Shown in pieces: positions 1 to 7,735 of a DNA stretch of 64,000 nt. Every line of letters begins with the position of its first letter. The stretch's first letter is position 1. The notes beneath the pieces were generated by a model. It was not told the DNA's origin and made no database searches. It worked only from the letters and a program-made list of their open reading frames with translations. Source of the DNA: Candidatus Krumholzibacteriia bacterium (lineage in GTDB: Bacteria; Krumholzibacteriota; Krumholzibacteriia; JAJRXK01); the NCBI GenBank assembly GCA_041484665.1, contig JBGPIA010000001.1, forward strand, positions 576,001-640,000. Reading direction: 5' to 3'. The translations under genes and the position numbers were made by a program.

Positions 1-231
1 ATGGGCCAGCTGCGCATGAACCTCCCCGAGAACGCCCACTGGGACTTCGCCCACGGCGGCGTGCGCGCCAGCATGGGGAACGTGACCGGCACGACGCAGA
101 ATCCCGGCACCCCCGATCCCGAAGGGCCAAAGCTGCACATCGACGCGGGCGTGCTCATGGGGGAGCTGCAGCTCGGCTCCTACCCGGCCGACGCTGCCTC
201 CGAATTGCTCGGCGGCCCGCGCGGTCACTGA
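1..231 (+). CDS. C-terminal part of a hypothetical protein (LiaF/DUF2154-like beta-strand repeat), probably truncated by the window edge
   Basis: Open frame from base 1 to TGA 229-231; repeated 'MG(Q/N/E)(L/V)' motifs and 'KLHIDAGVLMGEL' resemble LiaF-type C-terminal domains. Confidence 0.5.
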   Translation: MGQLRMNLPENAHWDFAHGGVRASMGNVTGTTQNPGTPDPEGPKLHIDAGVLMGELQLGSYPADAASELLGGPRGH

Positions 232-388
232 GCCAACGCGCGGCAGTCGCGTCCCCCTTGACGCGGTTCGCGGGCGTCGCGATGCTGGAGAGCACCCCCT
301 GCGGGCCGCCCCGGTCCCGCGCTCGTGCGGTCGATTCGCCCCCGGCCCGCAGTCCAGCCATGCGAGCCGAATCCTCCAAGGAGCCGCC

Positions 389-724
389 GTGTCCGAGACG
401 TACTACGACCCCCGCGACCTCGCGAAGTTCAGCAGCATCGGGGAGGACGCTCCCGAGCTCTGGAAGAAGTTCCTCGCCTGGTACAGCGCGGTCTTCACGG
501 AAGGCGCGCTCACCGAGCGCGAGAAGGCGCTCATCGCGCTGGGCGTGGCCCACGCGGTGCAGTGCCCCTACTGCATCGACGCCTACACCCAGGCCTGCCT
601 GGAGAAGGGCTCCAATGCGGAGCAGATGACCGAGGCCGTGCACGTTGCCGCCGCGATCCGCGGGGGCGCCTCCCTGGTGCACGGCGTGCAGATGCGCAAC
701 TGCGCCCACAGGCTTTCCATGTAG
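389..724 (+). CDS. AhpD/CMD-family peroxidase-like protein associated with ArsS-type radical SAM
   Basis: GTG start after AAGGAG; 'YYDPRDL..F', 'GALTEREKALIALGVAHAVQCPYCIDAY' CxxC motif; adjacent to arsS. Confidence 0.9.
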   Translation: MSETYYDPRDLAKFSSIGEDAPELWKKFLAWYSAVFTEGALTEREKALIALGVAHAVQCPYCIDAYTQACLEKGSNAEQMTEAVHVAAAIRGGASLVHGVQMRNCAHRLSM

Positions 725-786
725 GAGCTGCGGCGCCCCGTGGTGCGTGGCGCCGCGCCGCCAGGCCCCCCCGATCGGAGCCATCC

Positions 787-1839
787 ATGACGCTCTCGCT
801 GCGCAAACGGGAGCATGCGCTGTCGTCGAGCCTGGCGCAGCGGGAGCATCTGGCGGGGTTGCCGCTTGCTTCCTCGTTCGAGGACAAGCTGCAGCAGTCG
901 GGGCTGTTCCCCTTGCGCCCGCTGCGGATCGACACGCTACAGATCAACGTCGGCAAGCAGTGCAACCAGGTCTGCCGGCACTGCCATGTGGACGCCGGTC
1001 CCGACCGCCGGGAGCTGATGGGCGACGAGGTCCTGGAGGCGTGCCTGCGCCTGTTCTGCGACTCGGACATCCCCACGCTGGACGTCACGGGCGGGGCGCC
1101 GGAGCTGCACCCGCGTTTCCGCGAGCTCCTCGAGCGAGCCACCGGCGCCGGACGTCACGTGATGCATCGCTGCAACCTGACGGCGATCCTGCTGCCCGGC
1201 TACGACGACCTGCCGGAGCTGCTCGCGCGCCGGCGCGTGGAGGTCGTGGCCTCGCTGCCCTACTATCTCCCCAAGCAGACCGACGCGCAGCGCGGCGATG
1301 GGGTGTTCGAGAAGTCGCTCCAGGGGCTGCGCCGCCTCAACGCTTTGGGTTACGGCCGCAGAGACAGCGGGCTCGTACTGAACCTCGTCACCAACCCCGT
1401 GGGAGCCTACCTGCCGGGCAAGCAGCAGGCGGTGGAGCAGGATTGGAGGCGCGAGCTGGAGCGCCGCTATGGGATCATCTTCAACCACCTCTACACGATC
1501 ACCAACATGCCCATCAGCCGGTTCCTGGAGTTCCTCGAGGACACGGGCAATCTGGAGGGCTACATGGAGAGGCTGGTGGCGGCCTTCAACCCGACGGCGG
1601 CGGCGGGCGTGATGTGCCGCACCCTGGTGTCCATCGGGTGGGACGGCACGATCTACGATTGCGACTTCAATCAGATGCTCGAGCTGCCGGTGGCCTCCAA
1701 TGGCACACGCCCATCGGTGCTGGGAACCGCGCCTGCCCGCTTGTTGGAGGCCCTGCGAGCGCGGCCCATCCAGGTCGCCCCCCACTGCTTCGGCTGCACC
1801 GCGGGCGCGGGGAGCAGCTGCGGGGGAGCGACGGCCTGA
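787..1839 (+). CDS. arsS: Arsenosugar-biosynthesis-type radical SAM protein ArsS (Cys form)
   Basis: ATG 787 after GGAG; 'LQINVGKQCNQVCRHCHVDAGP' CxxxCxxC; 'YDCDFNQM'; C-terminal 'HCFGCTAGAGSSCGG'. Confidence 0.9.
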   Translation: MTLSLRKREHALSSSLAQREHLAGLPLASSFEDKLQQSGLFPLRPLRIDTLQINVGKQCNQVCRHCHVDAGPDRRELMGDEVLEACLRLFCDSDIPTLDVTGGAPELHPRFRELLERATGAGRHVMHRCNLTAILLPGYDDLPELLARRRVEVVASLPYYLPKQTDAQRGDGVFEKSLQGLRRLNALGYGRRDSGLVLNLVTNPVGAYLPGKQQAVEQDWRRELERRYGIIFNHLYTITNMPISRFLEFLEDTGNLEGYMERLVAAFNPTAAAGVMCRTLVSIGWDGTIYDCDFNQMLELPVASNGTRPSVLGTAPARLLEALRARPIQVAPHCFGCTAGAGSSCGGATA

Positions 1840-1949
1840 AGCCACCCGCGTGCGGTTACTGGCCGCGCCGGCATTCTCACCAGTGGAATGGGACGCGCGC
1901 GTGCGGCGGGCGGGTGTCGCCCTCCGCGGCGGGCGAGACCGCGAGAGCC

Positions 1950-4900
1950 ATGGTATGGACGCGTCGGCGAGATGGCCTGCTGGCGCGCAGGGGGCCTTTG
2001 CTGCTCCACGGCGCGGTGCTGGCGTGCGCCGGGGCGCTGGCGTTGGCCGCCGCCGCGGAGCCGTCACCCGCCGCCAGATCGGGGCCGGCGCCAGCCACCG
2101 AACCCGCGCCGTCGGTCGCGGCCATCGACTCTGTGCGCGCGTTGCTCGCGCGGGGCCAGGTCGAGCCGGCGCGCGCCGCTTCCGATGCAGCCGTGCGCGC
2201 ATGGCAGGCCGAGCTGGCCGGCGACCCGCTTGCACTGGCCGCGCGCCTGACGGCGCTGGCCGATGTGACCTCGGGTCGGGGGCAGTACGCGGCCGCGATT
2301 GAGCTCGACCGCCACGCGCTGGAGCTGCAAACCGCAGCGCTGGGTGCGCAGCACCTGGAGGTGGCCGCCACCCACGTGGCGCTGGCAAGCTGCTACTTTG
2401 GCCTCGAGGATCTCGCCTCGGCGTTGCAACACCAGCAGCAGGCCGTGGCGATCCAGCGCGCCCTGCTGGCCCAAGACGACGCGCGACTGGGGGAATCGCT
2501 GGTATCCCTGGGCTACCTGCACTACGGGCTGCGGCGCTTCCGTGAGGCGGCCGTGGCGTGGGAGCAGGCGCTCGCGGTCCTGCAGGCGGCCCCGGAGTCC
2601 GACCACAAGCGCATCGTATGGTGCCAATCCGACCTAGCCGAGATGAAGCGCGTGCTGGGCCACTACGATACGGCGGAGAGCCTGCAGATCGCGGCCATCG
2701 ACCGGTCGCGCGCGCACCTACCGCAGGACGCCTTCCACGCCACGCTGCTCAACAACCTCGGCGCCCTCTACTGGGACCAGGACCGCTTCGACGACACCGA
2801 GCGGCTGTGGGCCGCGGCCTTGCGTCTGAGCGAGGCCGACCCCCTGGCCGAGCCCTCGCGCATCGCGACCGCGCACCTCAACCTGGGCACGCTCTTCCGC
2901 GACCAGGGCAAGCTCACCGAGGCGCAGGTGCACATGACCCAGGCGTTGGAGCTGGCGCGCGCGGCGATCGGCGCGAAGGACGCCCGCTTCGTGATCTTCC
3001 TGCTGGAAAAGGGCAAACTCGACGCAGAACAGGACCGCTGGGACCCGGCGATCGCGGCATGGGAGGAGGGCCTGCAGGTCCTGGGCTCGCTGGGGGTCCC
3101 GCAGGAGATCTACGAGACCTACGTGTTGCAGCAGCTGGCCCGCGGCTACGCCCATCGCGGCGACCTGCCGCGCGCCGAGCAGAGCCTCCAGCGCGCCGTC
3201 GACACGCTGCAACGCACGCTGGGACCGCGGCATCCCGATGTCGGCGTGGCGCTGGCGATCTGGGCGCAGCTTCGCTCGCAGTTCGCAGCCAGTGACGATC
3301 CCATCACGCTGAACATTGCGTCCCGCGCGGTCGACATCCTCGCCGGCCTCAGCACCGCTCCCGAGTCGCTGGCCGAAGCCTACGCCGTCATGGCGCGCTG
3401 CGAGTGGGCGCAGGCCGGCCGCGCCGCGGCGTGCTCCGACATGGAGCGTGCGCTCGCGCTGGTGGAGCGCCTGCGGCCGCACCGCGGCGGCAACGACCTC
3501 TCGCGGGCGCGATTCCTGGAGCGGTTCCACGCCTATGCCAACGATTTGATCGCGTGGCGGGTCGAGACGGGCGATCTGCAGCAGGCGCTGGCCACCAGCG
3601 AGCGGGCGCGGGCGCGCGTGCTGCGCGACCAGCTGCTGGCCGGCGGCGTCGACCTGCGCGGCGAGATCTCGCCCGAGGTACTGGCGCCACTGGAGAGGCG
3701 TGAGCGCGATGCGCGCGGGCGGCTGCGCCGCGCACAGCAGTCGCTCACCTGGCAGAAAACGAGCTGGGCGCGCGGCGACGGGCAGGGCCTCGCCTCGCTC
3801 GCCGAGCTCGAACAGGAGGTCGCGGCGGCCGCCGCGACGCTGGACGCCGTCGGGCAGGAGATCAAGTTGCACAGCCCCGCATGGAGCCGCCTGCTGCAGG
3901 AGCAGTCCGAGCCGTTCGCGCTGGCCCAGGCGCAGGCGGAGCTGCTGCGCCCAAACGAGCAGCTGATCGTCTACCAGATCGGCCCGCGGGCGAGCTTCGT
4001 GTTCTTGGTCGCGCCGCAGCCGGGAGCCCTCCAGTGCTTCCCCCTCACCGTGGACGCGGAGGCCGCCGCAGCGCTGGGTGTCCCGGCCGGGCCACTCACC
4101 GACGCCGGGCTGCGCGGGCTGCTGTCCGCCAGCGCCGCGCCAGGTGACGCCAGCAGCGTGGCAGGCCTGCTGCTGGCGTTTCGCGGCGTGGGCACGCTCG
4201 CGCCTTCTTCCTCCGCGGGCTCTGCCCCTGCGCCGCCGTCCCCCGCGGGCGGCGCGCTGGACCTCGAGGTTCGGCTCTACCAGCTGTGGCGCACGCTGCT
4301 ACCTGCTTCGGCGTGGACGGCGATGCGCCGCTGCCACTCTGTTCTGGTCGTCCCCGACGGCGCGCTGCACCTGCTGCCGTTCGAGTCGCTGGTGGTGGCC
4401 GCGCCGGGGCATGGGTCGCCGCCTCGGTACTGGATCGACGTGGGCCCGGTCGTGCGCTACGCGCACTCGATCGCCACCGCGGTGGAGTTCGAGCGGCGGG
4501 CGCTGGCAGCGGCTGGGCGCCGGGAGCGTACTTCCCGGGCGGAGGGAATCGTCAGCGTGAGTGACCCTGCGTTCGCCCCAGAACAGACCGTCGGAGGCGC
4601 CCCGATCCGGCGGCTGCCCGGCACGCGCGCGGAGAGCGCGGCACTGGCGCAGGCTTTCCACGGCGCGACGGTACAGCTGCTGCAGGGTGAGTTCGCCACC
4701 GAGCGTGCCCTGAGGGCCGCCGCCCCCGGCGCGCGGATCCTCCACCTTGCTACGCACGGCATCGTGGACGAGGAGCAGAACCCGCCCTTCGCCGCGCTGC
4801 TGCTTACGCCTCCGCCACCGGGCTCGCTGCCGGCCTCTTCCGGGAGCACGGAGGGCCAGAGCCGTTCCGGTCGCGCCACTGGCCCGGGCCGTGCCGGTCA

Positions 4901-5300
4901 CGCCCGCGGCCCGGACCGCGGCGGTGACGACGCCTCCAACGACGGCGTCCTGCGCCTGAGCGAGGTGTACGACCTCAATCTGGACTGCGATCTCGCTGTA
5001 TTATCTGCGTGCGACACGAAGCTCGGCAAGCAGGTGCAAGGAGAGGGCGTGTTCGCTCTGTCGCGTGCGTTCCAGGCGGCCGGCGCCCGGCGGACGGTCG
5101 CGAGCCTCTGGGCCGTGGCCGACGAATCGACTGCCCTGCTCATGAGAGAGTATTTCCAGCGTATCGCTCGGGCACAGGCCCGCGGCGGGGAGCTGGACTA
5201 CGCGCGCCTGCTGCGAGATGCTAAGCGCAGACTGCGCGACGACCCGCGCTGGTCCCAACCCATCTTCTGGGCGCCGTTCGTCCTGAGCGGAGCCAGATGA
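1950..5300 (+). CDS. TPR-repeat + CHAT (caspase-like) domain protein, probably exported
   Basis: Hydrophobic N-terminus; kinesin-light-chain-like TPRs ('ATLLNNLGALY', 'TAHLNLGTLF'); 'VPDGALHLLPFESL', 'LHLATHG', 'VLSACDT', 'SLWAVAD', 'WAPFVLSG'. Start chosen at ATG 1950; the upstream part of the 645 ORF overlaps arsS. Confidence 0.9.
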   Translation: MVWTRRRDGLLARRGPLLLHGAVLACAGALALAAAAEPSPAARSGPAPATEPAPSVAAIDSVRALLARGQVEPARAASDAAVRAWQAELAGDPLALAARLTALADVTSGRGQYAAAIELDRHALELQTAALGAQHLEVAATHVALASCYFGLEDLASALQHQQQAVAIQRALLAQDDARLGESLVSLGYLHYGLRRFREAAVAWEQALAVLQAAPESDHKRIVWCQSDLAEMKRVLGHYDTAESLQIAAIDRSRAHLPQDAFHATLLNNLGALYWDQDRFDDTERLWAAALRLSEADPLAEPSRIATAHLNLGTLFRDQGKLTEAQVHMTQALELARAAIGAKDARFVIFLLEKGKLDAEQDRWDPAIAAWEEGLQVLGSLGVPQEIYETYVLQQLARGYAHRGDLPRAEQSLQRAVDTLQRTLGPRHPDVGVALAIWAQLRSQFAASDDPITLNIASRAVDILAGLSTAPESLAEAYAVMARCEWAQAGRAAACSDMERALALVERLRPHRGGNDLSRARFLERFHAYANDLIAWRVETGDLQQALATSERARARVLRDQLLAGGVDLRGEISPEVLAPLERRERDARGRLRRAQQSLTWQKTSWARGDGQGLASLAELEQEVAAAAATLDAVGQEIKLHSPAWSRLLQEQSEPFALAQAQAELLRPNEQLIVYQIGPRASFVFLVAPQPGALQCFPLTVDAEAAAALGVPAGPLTDAGLRGLLSASAAPGDASSVAGLLLAFRGVGTLAPSSSAGSAPAPPSPAGGALDLEVRLYQLWRTLLPASAWTAMRRCHSVLVVPDGALHLLPFESLVVAAPGHGSPPRYWIDVGPVVRYAHSIATAVEFERRALAAAGRRERTSRAEGIVSVSDPAFAPEQTVGGAPIRRLPGTRAESAALAQAFHGATVQLLQGEFATERALRAAAPGARILHLATHGIVDEEQNPPFAALLLTPPPPGSLPASSGSTEGQSRSGRATGPGRAGHARGPDRGGDDASNDGVLRLSEVYDLNLDCDLAVLSACDTKLGKQVQGEGVFALSRAFQAAGARRTVASLWAVADESTALLMREYFQRIARAQARGGELDYARLLRDAKRRLRDDPRWSQPIFWAPFVLSGAR

Positions 5301-5313
5301 GCCGGAGGCAGAC

Positions 5314-7638
5314 ATGACGCCGACGAGCCAACTCCTGCTTCGGACGCGGGGCGCGACAGCGCCACGAGGCCAGGCAGCGCCGCAGGATTCGCCCTTGCTG
5401 CGTGTCGCGCTGCTACTGTCAGTGCTCGCATCCGCGCGACCGGCGCTGGCGTCGGGACCGGCCATCGGCGGCGGCGGCCCCATCGACCGCCCGGCGCAGC
5501 ACACCCTCTTCTGGTGCTCGTCGCGTCCTCTCTTCACGGGGGAGTTCACGGCCAACGGGCCGCAGGCGACCATCGCCTTCACGGGCAAGATCCACAAGAC
5601 CATGAATCCCAGCCAGTGGATGCGGATCCGCATCGACGACGTCGCAGTGGTGCAAAAGAGCGTGTACTTGGCGCACAGCGGAGCTGTGGACGATCCGGTA
5701 CACATCTTCTGCACGCAAAATGGCCCGCAGGAAGCGTTCTTGTTCGATACCACCCCGCCGCAGGAGATCCTGTTCCTCGATCTGTTTGCGAGCGGGGTCT
5801 CGCCTGCGTGGAACCTGGGTCCCTCCGGCTACTACATCGCCAACGACTCGGCGCAGAACAGCCTGAGCAATCCCGTGTCGTCGCCCACGGGCGGATCCCT
5901 TGGGCTAGGCCAGACGAACGATCCCGCGCAGTTCGCCACCGTCAGCGCCACGATCAACGGCCTGCAGGACGGAGTCGAGTACGTGCTCACCTTCTGGTGG
6001 AGCGCTTCCAACGACGACGTCAACGACGCAGGCGATCTCTGGATCGACATCTACGGCACCGAGCCGCCGACGACCGTGGCCTGCCAGCTGGACAAGGTCA
6101 CCGCGCTCGACGCTGCCGCTTCCGATGAGTTCGGGGAGTCGGTCGCGATCAGCGGCACGCAGTTCGTGGTGGGCGCGCACCTCGAAGAGGACGCGGTCGG
6201 CGGCGCGGGCTCGGCGTACCTCTACCAGATCAGCGGCAGCGGCTACTATCTGCTCAAGAAGCTCAAGTCCGCGGATCCCAACCGCGGCGACGAGTTCGGG
6301 CGGGCCGTGGCGCTCACGCCCGGCATTGCCCTGGTCGGTGCGTGGCTCGATGACGACAAGGGAGTCGACGCCGGCACGGCGTTCGTGTTCAGCGAGAATG
6401 GCGGCCTTTGGACCCTGGAGCAGAAGCTCGTAGCGTCCGACGGTGCGGCCGGCGACTGGTTCGGATCCGCCGTGGCGATCAGCGGGAACCGGGCGCTGGT
6501 AGGGGCGCACGGCGCAGACCCGGCGGGCGCGCAGTCCGGCGAAGCCTACGTCTTCCAGCGGTCCGGCGCGACGTGGAGCCTGCAGCAGAAGCTGACGGCC
6601 TTCGACGGCGCCGCTGGAGACAACTTCGGCACCGCCGTAGCCTTGGACGGCAACGTCGCCGTCATCGGAGCGCCGGGCGATGACCATGATGGGCTCGACG
6701 CGGGCTCGGCGTACGTATTCCGTCTCAGCGGTGTGACGTGGGCCCTAGAGCAAAAGCTCTCAGCACCTGCGCCTGGGCCGGGCGACGATTTCGGCCATGC
6801 AGTCGCGGTGAGCGGCGGCCGGATCGTCGTGGGCGCACCGCTGGACGATGGATTGGGCGCCGATGCCGGCTCGGCCGCCGTCTTCGAGTCCACCGGAAGC
6901 ACCTGGACCGCGGCCCCGCCGCTCTTGGCCGGCGACGGCGTCGCCCTCGACCGCTTCGGCGAGTCGGTCTCCATCAGCGGCGACGTCGTCGTCGTGGGAG
7001 CGGACAAGGACGATCCGGCCGGGAGCAGCTCGGGATCCGCGTACGTGTTTCGGCGCAGCGGCACTGGCTGGGAGGAGAGCTACAAGTTCATCGCGCCCGA
7101 CGGTGCCGCTGGGGACCAAGCGGGCGTCGCTGTGGCCGCCAGCGGCGACCGCGCGATCGCGGGCGCCGATCTCGACGACACGTCCACCACGGACACGGGC
7201 TCGGCATATCTGTTCGCGGTGGGTCCGGACTGTAATCGCAACGGGCTGCCCGACACCTGCGACATCGCCACCGCCTTCAGCCGCGACGTCAACGAGAATG
7301 GAGTGCCCGATGAGTGCGAGGGCACGGCCATCGGGGATCCACCGCCGCCCGCTGACCTTCGCGCACGGCTGCTCGGCAACGCGCCCAACCCGTTCAATCC
7401 GCGTACGACCATCGTCTTCGAGCTGCCGCAGGCGGAGGAGCGCGTCACGCTGCGCGTGTACGATGCCGCGGGTGCGCTGGTGAAGACGCTCATCGCCGGT
7501 CCGCAGCCGGCCGGGCGCGGCAGCGTGGTGTGGGAGGGGGACGATCGAGCGGGTCACCGGGCGCCCAACGGTGTGTATCGCTACGTGCTGCGGACCCGGA
7601 CGCAGCAGTTACAGGGAAAGATGGCTGTCGTGCGTTAG
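5314..7638 (+). CDS. Secreted FG-GAP seven-blade propeller protein with Ca-binding DxNxNG repeats and C-terminal FlgD-Ig/T9SS-CTD-like domain
   Basis: GGAGG RBS; seven 'D.FG..VA.SG'-type repeats; 'DCNRNGLPDTCD', 'DVNENGVPDECE'; 'NAPNPFNPRTTIVFELP...VYDAAG...WEGDD...GVY'. Confidence 0.88.
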   Translation: MTPTSQLLLRTRGATAPRGQAAPQDSPLLRVALLLSVLASARPALASGPAIGGGGPIDRPAQHTLFWCSSRPLFTGEFTANGPQATIAFTGKIHKTMNPSQWMRIRIDDVAVVQKSVYLAHSGAVDDPVHIFCTQNGPQEAFLFDTTPPQEILFLDLFASGVSPAWNLGPSGYYIANDSAQNSLSNPVSSPTGGSLGLGQTNDPAQFATVSATINGLQDGVEYVLTFWWSASNDDVNDAGDLWIDIYGTEPPTTVACQLDKVTALDAAASDEFGESVAISGTQFVVGAHLEEDAVGGAGSAYLYQISGSGYYLLKKLKSADPNRGDEFGRAVALTPGIALVGAWLDDDKGVDAGTAFVFSENGGLWTLEQKLVASDGAAGDWFGSAVAISGNRALVGAHGADPAGAQSGEAYVFQRSGATWSLQQKLTAFDGAAGDNFGTAVALDGNVAVIGAPGDDHDGLDAGSAYVFRLSGVTWALEQKLSAPAPGPGDDFGHAVAVSGGRIVVGAPLDDGLGADAGSAAVFESTGSTWTAAPPLLAGDGVALDRFGESVSISGDVVVVGADKDDPAGSSSGSAYVFRRSGTGWEESYKFIAPDGAAGDQAGVAVAASGDRAIAGADLDDTSTTDTGSAYLFAVGPDCNRNGLPDTCDIATAFSRDVNENGVPDECEGTAIGDPPPPADLRARLLGNAPNPFNPRTTIVFELPQAEERVTLRVYDAAGALVKTLIAGPQPAGRGSVVWEGDDRAGHRAPNGVYRYVLRTRTQQLQGKMAVVR

Positions 7639-7735
7639 GCGCGCGTCCGTGGCCTTGAGCTTGCGCGCCGCTCTGGGCTCGCCCACCACCCGTCAGGCAT
7701 CCGCTGTCCGCGGGCGGTGGCGCGTGTCCCCGCGC

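Noticed and set aside
1801..1839. Selenocysteine at the ArsS C-terminus
   Set aside because: The motif codon is TGC (Cys); the TGA at 1837-1839 follows the complete motif and is a normal stop.
645..1949. N-terminal extension of the 1551-aa ORF
   Set aside because: It overlaps arsS in another frame and is Arg/Ala/Pro-rich shadow translation; the real start is probably ATG 1950.
6090..7220. Periodic DNA similarity suggesting a repeat array or CRISPR
   Set aside because: Explained by FG-GAP protein repeats; no identical repeats with unique spacers.
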